DNA of 63,815 nt, the filler included. It is 6 parts of 6 records of this genome, joined end to end, with 100 filler letters (N's around TTAATTAATTAA, not from the genome) between each part and the next. Parts side by side here need not be neighbours in the genome. Positions count along the whole stretch, not along the records: positions 1 to 26,177 come from SRR20825010_1031; 5 more parts are not named here. One strand, given 5' to 3'. This document shows positions 8,515-18,666 of the stretch, in pieces. Numbering within the stretch: the stretch's first letter is position 1; the number at the start of each line of letters is the position of its first letter. The translations under genes and the position numbers were made by a program. The notes below the pieces were generated by a model that worked only from the letters and a program-made list of their open reading frames with translations, made no database searches and was not told where the DNA came from.

Positions 8515-11271
8515 CTAAAACGCCAGCGACGTCACCGCCTGAAAGCTGTGCTCGCTGGTGATGCGATCATCATCCGTGTAGGCATATTCAAACGCGAAGC
8601 GCAGAGGCGAACGGTGGAACAACAGCAACTCCAGATCCATGCCGACAATAGCCTGATTCAGCTCCAGCTGGGCAGCACCGAAATCGATATCATAGCGGCG
8701 ATAGCGCAGGTGCAGCGCCTCACGGCGCAGAGACAACGGCACCTTGAAGGAATACCACGGCAGGTTAATCACCTTTGACACGCTGGCCTCACCCGAAATC
8801 ACCTGCTCGGCATAGTAGCTATTATCCAGGGCAGGAATCACGATCCGCGACGGATCGTTGGCGATAAAATCCTGCGTTTCTTCCAACGCCACCCCTCGCC
8901 GCATTCCCTGATTCACCACAGCATCACTGCGCGAAAACTGGCCACGGGCCCCCAGGTACAGTTCGGCGGGCAGATCGGTCATCAGGCTCAGGGTGCCACC
9001 ATAGCTGGTGTCATCACGGTCACTCACCTGATAACCCGTAACCCCGGCATGTTTGTTGGGCAGGAAACTGTTACCAAAACGCGTGGTGCGGCTCAGGCTC
9101 CACTGCCCGGCCAGGGGCTCACGCTCATCCAGTTGATAGTCCTGATACCAGGTGCCGGCCAATTCACTGTACCAATAACCGGACTGCAGCAAAGGCAAAC
9201 GTAACTCGGCACTCAAGCCATGGTTACGTGTCTCCTGCGGGGGCGACTCCCGATCCAGCCGATCGTCCAGCACCCAATATTGTTTCACCCCACCGATGAG
9301 GAAAAACTGATTGTTGCTATACCCCAGCCCCGCCAGTTCGCTCAGGTCTTGATCGCGGTAACTGAACAGGGACACTTCGTTTTGCTCCAGCGGATCGCTG
9401 AATCGCACTTGCACGTTGTACAGCGTGTGCAAATCCGTTTCGTCTTCCGCCGAGTCATCCTCTTCCTCGGAAAGCAACGACAGTGACAGATCCGTACCGC
9501 TATAGCGCATGGCGCTCCAGGCATGATAAAGGCGATCCAGCGACAACGGCTGTGGCTCACTGTCCGTGGCCAGATTATCGGCCTGCCCGACAGGCGTATC
9601 CCACTGCAGCTCGCGCACATGGGGCTCGCCGGAACGGGGCTGTAACGGCTTCAGATAATAGCCGTAATGATCGGCCTGAATGGCTGTCGCCAGCACCCGT
9701 TCATCATCCAGCAACCGCGCGGCCACGATGTCATCTTCCGCCAGCACCCGGCTAACACCACCCCCGTTTTGCGTGCGGTAAAGGGAAGAGCCGTGCTCGC
9801 TGTTGGCCACGAACAACACACGCCCCTGGCTATCCACATCGGCCACCACGCCGTAGTACCCTGCATAACGGTACAGCGCCGTACGATTGCGATAGAGGAT
9901 GCGTTCCGACCCTTCCTGCACGAAGTAATAGAGGTCGTCGCCATGAACATTCACGGAGGAATTCACCTGACCGTAAAAGTCATCACCGACATACAGTTGC
10001 GGCTGGTCATAGGAACTGGCCACATCAAAATACACCGGCGTCCCGGATGACATGAACCCCTGAATGATCCGGCCGCGGGTATCCTCTTTCAGGTGAGCAC
10101 TTTCACTGTATAGCCCCTGATAGATTCGCCACGGCGTGCTGTAGGCACTCGCCATGGACCAGGTCTTGTCGTCGTGGCGAAACAGTTCGCCGCCGCGAAA
10201 AGTCGAACGCTGCTTGCCCAGTTCGCCAGTCTCTCGATCCAGCACCACATGGTACGGCGCCCGCACATCCTGTGGGCTCGCCAGAAAAAAGATCTCATTG
10301 TCATCACTGTTCAGTGCGGTGAAATATTTCGAGGTCACCAGCGGCTCACCCGCAGACATGGCCGCCCTGTCTGCCTGCTGCACTTCGTGCTTTGCCCAGT
10401 CGGCAAAGGTGGTGTCGAAATTGTTGCCGATGGCCGCTTGCAGCGGTGCATTGGTGACGAAGGGAAAATACCAGTACCGCGAACGCGCCTTGAAGTACCG
10501 GTTGGTGGCATCCAGCCCGTACCGATCGGCGAGGAAATACTGGTAATGGCTGCCCAGCACATAGCTGCTTTCACCATAGGGAAAATACAGCGTCTGGTTA
10601 TAGGCTCGCTCCGGGGCCAGGTAGCCTGCTTTTGCCTGGGCATGAACCAGCGCATCGAACCGGCCACTGTAGAGGCGCCCGCCATTACCATGGCGGGACT
10701 CATTGAGCACCGCATTGCCTTCCAGCATGAACGATGACTCGAACGCATTAGGAACAATCGCCGGAAAAAAGGGCGTCATCAGGGTGCCGTTACCCAGCAC
10801 CGAATGCAGCGCACTGGACACCCGGTTGTCTTTGGCGTTCAGCTGGTAGTTATGGGCTGTCTCGTGGAACAGCAAGGTGTCGAGCCAGGAGGTAGTAGAA
10901 AAGTAATCCACCGCAGACGCGCCACCCACGTAATTGATCTGGCGATTGAGGGGATACTGGGAAGAGAAGCCGTTGGCGATCTGGTTGTTATCGGAAATAA
11001 GTCCAACAAACAGCGGTGAATCCATCTGATAGCCAAAGCTGGCTTCATACTGCGGTTGCAGTTGTTGCTCCACGCCAGCGGCATGCTCAGCAAACCCCTG
11101 GTTTTTCTCGGTGAAAATCAGTTCGGTATTACGCACCGACGCCTTGTAGTAAGGCTGATCATGGGGCACCACCGTGGGGTTACGCTGTACCAGTGGTTCC
11201 GCCACAGCCCCTGCTGACAGGACCGCCCCGACAACCACCCCAACCAACCTCCACTCGCCCCGTTTGTTCAT
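8515..11271 (-). CDS. Large exported hypothetical protein: HEXXH metallopeptidase-like N-domain and probable C-terminal outer-membrane beta-barrel
   Basis: 918-aa ORF with signal peptide. FHETAH is followed by MLEGNAV. The C-terminal third has amphipathic strands and ends in F. Confidence 0.7.
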   Translation of the reverse strand: MNKRGEWRLVGVVVGAVLSAGAVAEPLVQRNPTVVPHDQPYYKASVRNTELIFTEKNQGFAEHAAGVEQQLQPQYEASFGYQMDSPLFVGLISDNNQIANGFSSQYPLNRQINYVGGASAVDYFSTTSWLDTLLFHETAHNYQLNAKDNRVSSALHSVLGNGTLMTPFFPAIVPNAFESSFMLEGNAVLNESRHGNGGRLYSGRFDALVHAQAKAGYLAPERAYNQTLYFPYGESSYVLGSHYQYFLADRYGLDATNRYFKARSRYWYFPFVTNAPLQAAIGNNFDTTFADWAKHEVQQADRAAMSAGEPLVTSKYFTALNSDDNEIFFLASPQDVRAPYHVVLDRETGELGKQRSTFRGGELFRHDDKTWSMASAYSTPWRIYQGLYSESAHLKEDTRGRIIQGFMSSGTPVYFDVASSYDQPQLYVGDDFYGQVNSSVNVHGDDLYYFVQEGSERILYRNRTALYRYAGYYGVVADVDSQGRVLFVANSEHGSSLYRTQNGGGVSRVLAEDDIVAARLLDDERVLATAIQADHYGYYLKPLQPRSGEPHVRELQWDTPVGQADNLATDSEPQPLSLDRLYHAWSAMRYSGTDLSLSLLSEEEDDSAEDETDLHTLYNVQVRFSDPLEQNEVSLFSYRDQDLSELAGLGYSNNQFFLIGGVKQYWVLDDRLDRESPPQETRNHGLSAELRLPLLQSGYWYSELAGTWYQDYQLDEREPLAGQWSLSRTTRFGNSFLPNKHAGVTGYQVSDRDDTSYGGTLSLMTDLPAELYLGARGQFSRSDAVVNQGMRRGVALEETQDFIANDPSRIVIPALDNSYYAEQVISGEASVSKVINLPWYSFKVPLSLRREALHLRYRRYDIDFGAAQLELNQAIVGMDLELLLFHRSPLRFAFEYAYTDDDRITSEHSFQAVTSLAF

Positions 11272-11556
11272 CGACGCTCTTCCCTGTTGTTATCGCACGC
11301 CTGGTTGTGATTCGACTTGCCATTGTGCCCGGCCTGTCGTCCTCTTCACCAGTACCCCAGTCACGCGCAAACAGATCCCCCATCGCCACCGCAGGGAAGC
11401 CCGATTACAGTCCGTCACAGAAGCCCCAGTTTCTTTCACGCTTGGGCACCAAGGTACCCACAGATTTGCACTGCCATCCCGCCTACGCTGATACACCTAT
11501 AAAAAAATGTCTCGCTCCGTGACGAGCCGCCACCATAACAACACAGGGACCGCACC

Positions 11557-13527
11557 ATGCCCGCTTCGTCTTCAGCGCGCCTGAATAGCCGCACTCTTAT
11601 CGTCATTCTCCTTGGCCTGGCACTGCAACTGACCGCCTGCGGCGGAGGTAGCGGCAGCGCCCCCACCGTTGCCAATGCACCCAACAGCCCCAACGCCAAC
11701 ACGGGCGGCGACAGCGATGACGATACCGGCAACGATGCTGGCGAGGAGGAAAACACACCGGTGAACCTGGCCTGGAGCGAGCCCTACCAGCGCGACGAGG
11801 AATACACCAACACGGTCAACCTGCCCCAGCAACTGATCACCATGCGCGACGGCATTCGTCTGGCCGCCACCGTCACTCTGCCAGCGGACGAAAACGGCAA
11901 TGCCATCGACGGCCCGTTCCCGGTGATCGCCACCTTTACCGGTTACAACCAGGCGCTTGGCGCCATCGGTGCTGCCGACCCGGCGCTGGTGAAAAGGGGT
12001 TACGCCTACATCATTGTGGATCTGCGCGGCACCGGGGCAGCGGAAGGCAGCTGGCAGGCGTTCAGCCAGATTGATCAGGATGATATCGGCGAGCTGCTGG
12101 AGTACATCAAGGTGCAGCCCTGGAGCAATGGCAGCATCGGCATGAACGGCGCCTCCTACATGGGCATCACCGGCCTGCTGGCCGGTGCCCAGGAAGACCC
12201 GGCGGTGAAAGCCATTTTTGCCATCGTGCCCATGGGTGATGCCTACCGGGATATCGTCTTCACTGGCGGGCAGATCAACGCCGGCTTTATTCCCCTGTGG
12301 GTCACCCTGGTCACCGGGCTGGGCATCATCCCCACCCCGGCCGGGCTGGATAACGGCGAACCGGGCTATTACCTGACCACCCTGCTGCAGCATCTGCAGG
12401 GCGCCCTCACCGAATTTCAGGTGCCCGTGGTGGCCGGGGCGTTGATTGGTGATGAAAACAAATACGACACCGAATTCTGGCGTATCCGCTCACCACTGGA
12501 GCAGATCGACAAGATCACTGCACCGACCTTTGTGGTAGGCGGGCTCAAGGATATTTTCCAGCGCGGCGAGCCACTGATTTATGAAGGCCTGAAAGACCAT
12601 ACCACCGCCAAGCTGCTGATCGGCCCCTGGGAACATCTGGATGGCTCCTCCGGGGCCGGCCTGCCCGCGGATGGGGTACCCGCCCTGGGCCCCATCCGGC
12701 TGGCCTGGTTTGACCAGTACCTGAAAGGCATGGACACCGGCGCCGGGGATTTCCCGCCGGTGACCCAGTACTACACTGGCGAAGAGCGTTTCGTCACCGC
12801 CGCCGACTGGCCACACCCGGACGCGCAAGCGGAAACCTTTTACCTTCATGGCCAACCCGGCGCGCCCTTGTTCGGCAGTATTTCGCACAGCGCACCGACC
12901 AGCAGCAAACAAACCAGTCTGCTGCAGACGCCAGTCAACGGTCTGTGCTCCGCCAGCGCCAGCCAGTGGACTGCCGGCGTGCTCGGTCTGATCTTGCCCC
13001 CCTGCTCGGCACAGGACAACGTGGTTAACCTGCTGGAAGCGGTGTACACCAGCGAACCGCTGGAAGAAGACATGGCCATCAACGGGCCGATCACCGGGCA
13101 GATCTGGGCGTCCACCACCGCGCTGGATACCAATGTCACCGTGCGCGTCAGCGTGGTCGGCGACAACGGCATTGCCCGGCCATTGACCCACGGCATTCAG
13201 ATGGCGTCCATGAGTGCCTTTGATGCCAGCAAATCGCGCTTCATGAACGGCAAACTGATCCAGCCCTGGCACCCATTCACTGCGGAATCCAAGCGCAGCA
13301 TCAGCCCGCTGACCGCCTTCCGAGCCGACGTGGAAGTGTTCCCCACCAGCGCCCTGATCAAGGCTGGGGAAAAGTTGCGCATCAGCGTGGGCACCAGCGA
13401 TCTGCCCCATGGCCTGAGCCCGATCCCGGATCTGCTCACCAGCCTGCTGGGCGCCATGACCATCTACAGCGCCCCGGCCATGCCATCGCGGGTGAACATT
13501 CCGCTGGTGCCAACCAGCGCCCTGTGA
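11557..13527 (+). CDS. CocE/NonD family hydrolase lipoprotein
   Basis: Lipobox LTAC. ITMRDGIRLAA, VDLRGTG, nucleophile motif GASYMG and LLIGPWEH. Confidence 0.92.
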   Translation: MPASSSARLNSRTLIVILLGLALQLTACGGGSGSAPTVANAPNSPNANTGGDSDDDTGNDAGEEENTPVNLAWSEPYQRDEEYTNTVNLPQQLITMRDGIRLAATVTLPADENGNAIDGPFPVIATFTGYNQALGAIGAADPALVKRGYAYIIVDLRGTGAAEGSWQAFSQIDQDDIGELLEYIKVQPWSNGSIGMNGASYMGITGLLAGAQEDPAVKAIFAIVPMGDAYRDIVFTGGQINAGFIPLWVTLVTGLGIIPTPAGLDNGEPGYYLTTLLQHLQGALTEFQVPVVAGALIGDENKYDTEFWRIRSPLEQIDKITAPTFVVGGLKDIFQRGEPLIYEGLKDHTTAKLLIGPWEHLDGSSGAGLPADGVPALGPIRLAWFDQYLKGMDTGAGDFPPVTQYYTGEERFVTAADWPHPDAQAETFYLHGQPGAPLFGSISHSAPTSSKQTSLLQTPVNGLCSASASQWTAGVLGLILPPCSAQDNVVNLLEAVYTSEPLEEDMAINGPITGQIWASTTALDTNVTVRVSVVGDNGIARPLTHGIQMASMSAFDASKSRFMNGKLIQPWHPFTAESKRSISPLTAFRADVEVFPTSALIKAGEKLRISVGTSDLPHGLSPIPDLLTSLLGAMTIYSAPAMPSRVNIPLVPTSAL

Positions 13528-13568
13528 CGCCATACCGCCTCTCCACCCTGCTCGGGCAAGAGGGGCGG

Positions 13569-13919
13569 CTATTCATGCTGCAGAATATTCAACAGACGAT
13601 CGAACGGATCACGCACATAGAAGCGTCGCACGCCCCAGGGCTCACTCACCGGCCCGTATTCCAGCGGCACCCCCGCTTGCTGCATTCTTCTCAGGGCCTC
13701 ATCCAGATCATCCACCTCGATGGACAGGTCCGGCACCGCTGCGCCTGAACCGCCCTCGGACCCGAAACCAAGCTGTACGCGCATGGTTTCCGCCGAGCCA
13801 TAGGCCTGGAACCAACCATGATCCATAAGCCGCTCGAGGCCGAGAATATCGCCATAAAAGGCGTCCGCCTTATGCCGTTCCGTCGTGGTCACATTGGCCA
13901 CGATTCGATTCACTTTCAT
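13569..13919 (-). CDS. VOC/glyoxalase family protein
   Basis: FYGDILGL, PDLSIEVDDLDE and EPWGVRRFYVRDPFDRLLNIL. Start at MKVNRIV behind a GGGAG RBS. Confidence 0.9.
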   Translation of the reverse strand: MKVNRIVANVTTTERHKADAFYGDILGLERLMDHGWFQAYGSAETMRVQLGFGSEGGSGAAVPDLSIEVDDLDEALRRMQQAGVPLEYGPVSEPWGVRRFYVRDPFDRLLNILQHE

Positions 13920-14053
13920 GCTGTCTCCCTGTGTTTTTATTCCCGCACCCGTCCCGAAGCCGCCTCCTTCCATGCTAGAATGAACTCTGTTCAAATTCGG
14001 CAGCCTTAGCCCACCTTTACACCCAGCCACGCTTTCATTTCCGGGAACCCTGT

Positions 14054-15268
14054 ATGCCCTCCGACTCCAGTCGCCTGCTTCGTTTGTCTCTTGCTCTCGC
14101 CCTGGGGGGGTTTGGCATTGGCAGTGGCGAGTTCGTCATTATGGGGTTAATGCAGCGCGTGGCCACCGATCTGCAAGTACCGGTTCCCGATGTGGGCTAT
14201 GCCATCAGCAGTTATGCGCTGGGGGTCGTGGTCGGTGCGCCGCTGATTTCCGCTCTGGCGGCCCGGGTGCCCCGGCGAGGATTGTTGATCGCCTTGATGC
14301 TGGTGTTTGCCGTGGGCAACATGGCCAGCGCCCTGGCCACAGATTTCTGGACCTTCGTAGGCCTGCGCTTTCTCGCCGGGCTGCCTCATGGCGCCTACTT
14401 TGGTGTCGCAGCCCTGGTGGCGGCCTCCGCCGTGCCGTATCACATGCGCGCCCGCGCCGTGGCCCGGGTAATGAGCGGGCTGACCATTGCCATCGTGGTC
14501 GGCGCGCCCCTGGCCACCTGGGCCGGCAATTTATTTGGCTGGGAAGTGGCCTTTATCGGCGTTGGCGTGATTGCCCTGTGCACCGCCCTGTTGATTCGCC
14601 TGTGGGTACCCGCCCAGGCACCGGACCCGAACGCCAGCCCGCGTCGCGAATTATCCGCGCTGGTCAAACAGCGGGTGCTGTTCACCCTGGGGGTCGCCAG
14701 CATCGGTTTCGGCGGCATGTTTTCGGTATTCAGCTATGTGATGCCCACCCTCACCGAGCAAGCCGGCATGGCGGAAAGCTGGGGCCCCATGGTGCTGATG
14801 ATCTTCGGCATCGGCACCATTATCGGTAACTTTGCCGGTGCCCGCGCCGCGGACGGCAACTTGCTGCGTGCCATACCGCGCATTCTGGTCTGGTGTGCGC
14901 TGATTCAGGCCGGCTTTTACTTTGCCGCCGACTGGCCCTTGCCCGCCATTCTCTTCGTGGGGCTGGTAGGCACCAGTATGGCGCTGGGGCCGGCATTGCA
15001 GACCCGACTGATGGATGTGGCCGAGGACGCCCAGACCATGGCCGCCTCCATGAATCACGCGGCCTTCAACCTGGCCAACGCGCTGGGCGCCTGGCTGGCC
15101 GGCGTCACCATCAAGATGGGCGCACAATGGTCCGCCACCGGCCTGGTAGGGGCGGCCCTGGCCATCGGCGGATTGCTGATTTTTCTGGCCGGTCGCGGCC
15201 TGGAAAAACGTCACGCAGAAACCGCCGGCCTGGCCCCGCTTAATAACGGAACAGATAGCCCACGTTAA
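14054..15268 (+). CDS. MFS transporter (DHA1/AraJ-like)
   Basis: GFGIGSGEFVIMG, YALGVVVGAP, RFLAGLPHGAYFG and HAAFNLANALGAWL; about 12 TM segments. Confidence 0.9.
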   Translation: MPSDSSRLLRLSLALALGGFGIGSGEFVIMGLMQRVATDLQVPVPDVGYAISSYALGVVVGAPLISALAARVPRRGLLIALMLVFAVGNMASALATDFWTFVGLRFLAGLPHGAYFGVAALVAASAVPYHMRARAVARVMSGLTIAIVVGAPLATWAGNLFGWEVAFIGVGVIALCTALLIRLWVPAQAPDPNASPRRELSALVKQRVLFTLGVASIGFGGMFSVFSYVMPTLTEQAGMAESWGPMVLMIFGIGTIIGNFAGARAADGNLLRAIPRILVWCALIQAGFYFAADWPLPAILFVGLVGTSMALGPALQTRLMDVAEDAQTMAASMNHAAFNLANALGAWLAGVTIKMGAQWSATGLVGAALAIGGLLIFLAGRGLEKRHAETAGLAPLNNGTDSPR

Positions 15269-15806
15269 CGGTGGTCAGATCATTGTCGTCGTCATCCAGC
15301 TGCAGCCATTCCACCGTCAGGGCATTGCGTTCGTTCAATTTGATCGACGCCCCCATGCCGTAGGAGGGATCACTGGCAACATCCTCTTCGCTATCGCCGC
15401 CGGCCACGGTGACGTCACGCTTCACCGAGGAGTGCCCAAGCAGCACATAGGGAGACAGCGGCAAACGGTAGCTCAGCCCCATTTTCAGATAGCCCCCCAC
15501 CAGCCATTGCGGGTCCACGCTGACCCGGGCCGTATCCAGCCCGCCTTCATCATCGCTGACGCCATAACCCAGCCGGGCCTCCAGCGCGAGCAGGGTATTG
15601 TACTGCCAGCCCCACACCGCCTGAACGCTGCGCGGTTGTGCATCATCGCCGGCAGAGATTTGCTGGTCGAGCAGGTTGTACTGCACGCCCACATAGCCGG
15701 GCAATAACGGATCATCATTGGCAGACACCGACCCACTGATCACACATGCCAAGACGGCTATTCCCGCTGCCAGCGAATAAGAATGCTTCCCCTGTTGTTT
15801 CATCAT
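15240..15806 (-). CDS. Outer-membrane beta-barrel (porin-family/OmpA-like transmembrane) protein
   Basis: Signal peptide, LALEARLGYG, SPYVLLG, SYGMGA and aromatic C-terminus VGYLFRY. Start at ATG 15806 behind GAGGGAG. Confidence 0.85.
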   Translation of the reverse strand: MMKQQGKHSYSLAAGIAVLACVISGSVSANDDPLLPGYVGVQYNLLDQQISAGDDAQPRSVQAVWGWQYNTLLALEARLGYGVSDDEGGLDTARVSVDPQWLVGGYLKMGLSYRLPLSPYVLLGHSSVKRDVTVAGGDSEEDVASDPSYGMGASIKLNERNALTVEWLQLDDDDNDLTTVNVGYLFRY

Positions 15807-15915
15807 CGCTCCCTCAATGCCGTCAATGGCCCGCCAGCAAATCATATTCCTTTCCGAGAATAACCGGCGACACTGTTTCCTCAACAAGAAAGTAACACCG
15901 GCAGGAAAAGAAACG

Positions 15916-15950
15916 AAAAAAGGGCCGCACAGGCGTGCGACCCAAAACCT
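15916..15950 (-). terminator. Rho-independent terminator (minus strand) upstream of the OMP gene
   Basis: Minus strand reads GAGGTTTT-GGGTCGCAC-gcct-GTGCGGCCC-TTTTTT. Confidence 0.8.
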
Positions 15951-16394
15951 CTTATGGCACACGGGCCACAACAGGCTATCGGCATTCACAACACAAACAT
16001 CAACCGGCTACAGTCAATTTGTGCGCGAATCAGCGAGTCAGGTCTGACAGGGAATAACATTCATCGTGGCGGCTGCCACGCTGCGAGGGTATTCATAAGG
16101 CTCTCTCCCAAGTCCATTTGGTGCTGGCCCTGCTGCATGATTGTTGTGTCGGCTTGCGGGTGCCATTCCCCTGTTCAACAGCAGCGCCTTGCTGAACAGG
16201 CTGACAACGACATCAATTCATTTTTTCGCAACAGAACCGGTCTTTTGATCGTTATAATTATCTGTCTGTGCTTGCTCGTTTTACCGTTACCCATGCCAGT
16301 AACTGCGTACTAGAATGCACCGACCCTTGCGCCGCAAACTTTGCGCCAGCGCACATTCCGGGCCACAGAATGTGGTTTTTTGTTACCGCTGGAT

Positions 16395-17714
16395 TTATCT
16401 CACACCGGCGGACAAGGGCTCGGGTTGCACAAACTTACCGGTTACCGGAAAACGTACCTCCACCAGCAGTCCACCATGGGGATGATTGGCCAGCTGAATA
16501 TCACCGTGGTGCATGTCCACAATCCGCTTCACGATGGCCAGCCCCAAACCACTGCCACTGAGAGTGCGCGCCTTTTCCCCCCGGGAAAACGGCTGCAGCA
16601 GCAACGGAATATCCTCTTCACGCACACCGCGACCGTGATCACGCACCGTCAACACGACCTTGTTTTCCGCAACTGCGGTGCGCACCTCCACCGGTGAGGC
16701 ACCGTACTTCAGGGCATTGCCCACCAGGTTGGCCAGCATCCGTTTTACCGTCAGCCGCTTGAGCATAAGCCGGGGCAGGTCTTCCAGCTCGAACCGTAAT
16801 TGCTCCGCCGGGTACTTGCCGGCCACCTCCTGAATCAGGTCATTGAGGTTTTCAAAGTCCGGCTGCTCATCCGCACCATCACGGATAAAGGAAATAAACT
16901 GATCGAGGATCGCATCCATATCCTCAATGTCTTCGATAATGCCTTTTGCCAGCTCCTCGTCCTGCATGAATTCCGCCGACAGGCGCAGACGTGTCAGCGG
17001 GGTTCGCAAATCATGGGACACCCCGGCCAGCAGCAACGCCCGATCCCGCTGGGCATGCTGCAAGTCACTGGTCATCCGGTTAAAGGCGGCATTCACTGCC
17101 TGAATTTCCTCCGGGCCGATGGTGGTATCCAGCACCGGCACCGCCTCTCCACGCCCCACTTTCAAGGCCACTTTGGCCAGCCGTCGCAACGGCAAGTTCA
17201 GCCCCCGGGCAATCAGCAAGCCACCGATGATAGCCAGCAAAGGCACTGTCACCCCCCAGCCCAACAACAGGTAGCGATCGTAATCCCGGAAGAACGCCAT
17301 GGGCACCCGCACCCATTGCTCACCAAACGACGGCGCGTTCACCCACAGAACCGGTTGGCGGTTATCTTCCAGGCGCACGGTCACAGGCTCTTCCAGCATG
17401 CCTTCCAGTTCTTCCTGAAAACGGCCCACCACCGGACGTGACAGCAGCATGGTGCCATCGTGAAGCTTTTCCGGAATCGCCACCGTAATGCCGGTGGCAT
17501 TACCCAGCCGGTCGGCCAGATCCGCATCCGCTGCCGCCCGCGAATCATCAAACGCCAGCTCCGCTTGCAGCACCGTCAAGCGGGCGTATTCACGGATACC
17601 GGGCAGGTAGGCATTACGGGCAAAGAACCACAGGGTCAGCGCCTGGCTGATCCCAATCACCAGCCCCACCACAATGGCGGAGCGGACAAAAGCAGTGCGG
17701 GGATAGAGTGTCAT
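16395..17714 (-). CDS. envZ: Sensor histidine kinase EnvZ/AmgS-like
   Basis: HAMP region, H-box [34 protein letters not shown] and [13 protein letters not shown]. Confidence 0.9.
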   Translation of the reverse strand: MTLYPRTAFVRSAIVVGLVIGISQALTLWFFARNAYLPGIREYARLTVLQAELAFDDSRAAADADLADRLGNATGITVAIPEKLHDGTMLLSRPVVGRFQEELEGMLEEPVTVRLEDNRQPVLWVNAPSFGEQWVRVPMAFFRDYDRYLLLGWGVTVPLLAIIGGLLIARGLNLPLRRLAKVALKVGRGEAVPVLDTTIGPEEIQAVNAAFNRMTSDLQHAQRDRALLLAGVSHDLRTPLTRLRLSAEFMQDEELAKGIIEDIEDMDAILDQFISFIRDGADEQPDFENLNDLIQEVAGKYPAEQLRFELEDLPRLMLKRLTVKRMLANLVGNALKYGASPVEVRTAVAENKVVLTVRDHGRGVREEDIPLLLQPFSRGEKARTLSGSGLGLAIVKRIVDMHHGDIQLANHPHGGLLVEVRFPVTGKFVQPEPLSAGVR

Positions 17715-17727
17715 CAAGGCAGCTTAC

Positions 17728-17784
17728 ACGCTGCATGCCTCACGCAACACGCGCGTGGTGCGTGAAGCGTGGTGCATGCTGCGT
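17728..17784. repeat. Inverted array of degenerate heptamer repeats (A[CT]GCnnC) between ompR and envZ
   Basis: acgctgc atgcctc acgcaac acgc | gcgt ggtgcgt gaagcgt ggtgcat gctgcgt. Confidence 0.7.
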
Positions 17785-17787
17785 CTC

Positions 17788-18498
17788 TTAATCAGGCACA
17801 AACACATACCCCACACCCCAGACCGTCTGGATGTAGCGGGGTTTGGAGGGGTCGTCTTCGAGCAGGCGGCGCAGGCGTGATACCTGCACATCGATGGAGC
17901 GCTCCATGGCCGACCATTCACGGCCCCGGGCCAGGCTCATCAGCTTGTCACGGGTGAGCGGCTCGCGGGGGTTCTGCAGCAGTGCCTTGAGCACGGCAAA
18001 TTCGCCCGTGGTCAGGCTTTGCGGATCTCCGTCGCGGGTCAGGGTGCGGTTGGCCAGATCCAGAATCCAGGGGCCAAACGTCACCGACCCTTCTTCCTTA
18101 CTGGGCGCCCCGGGCAGCTCGCGCACATGGCGGCGCAGCACCGCGCGGATACGGGCATCCAGTTCCTTGGGGTTGAACGGCTTGGGCAGGTAGTCATCGG
18201 CGCCGGCATCCAGGCCTTCAATGCGCTCGGCATCATCGCCCTTGGCGGTGAGCATGATGATCGGCATAACGTTCTCGGCCTCACGCAGGCGACGGCAGAT
18301 CGACAGGCCATCTTCCCCCGGCAGCATCAGGTCCAGCACCATCAGGGAATACAGTTCGCGGGACAGGGCACGGTCCATCTGCTCGGCATCGCCCACCGCC
18401 TTTACGGTATAACCGGCTTCTTCCAGAAACCGTTGCAGCAGGCTACGCAGTCGCGCATCGTCATCCACGACCAGAATCTTGTCTAGTTGTTCGCTCAC
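17788..18498 (-). CDS. ompR: Response regulator OmpR/AmgR-like
   Basis: ILVVDDDARLRSLL, VLDLMLPGEDGLSICRRLR, KPFNPKEL, ERSIDVQVSRLR and YIQTVWGVGYVFVPD. Confidence 0.95.
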   Translation of the reverse strand: MSEQLDKILVVDDDARLRSLLQRFLEEAGYTVKAVGDAEQMDRALSRELYSLMVLDLMLPGEDGLSICRRLREAENVMPIIMLTAKGDDAERIEGLDAGADDYLPKPFNPKELDARIRAVLRRHVRELPGAPSKEEGSVTFGPWILDLANRTLTRDGDPQSLTTGEFAVLKALLQNPREPLTRDKLMSLARGREWSAMERSIDVQVSRLRRLLEDDPSKPRYIQTVWGVGYVFVPD

Positions 18499-18666
18499 AG
18501 CACCTCCGAAGGTTTACTGGTCCCTGATTTACGCGTTGTGGTCCGAACGTGCAAGAAAATGGCACGAAGAGATTGTATAAAAACATTGCCAACGTGGAAG
18601 ATAGGCACTGCTATAAGAACACGTTACAGTATCCGGCTGAGAATCATTATCAATAAAGGACTTCCC

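Noticed and set aside
16150-16170. Possible sigma54 promoter and CrcZ-like RNA on the minus strand
   Set aside because: TGGCAC is followed by GC at the wrong spacing (9 rather than 10 nt), and the region lacks repeated AANAANAA motifs.
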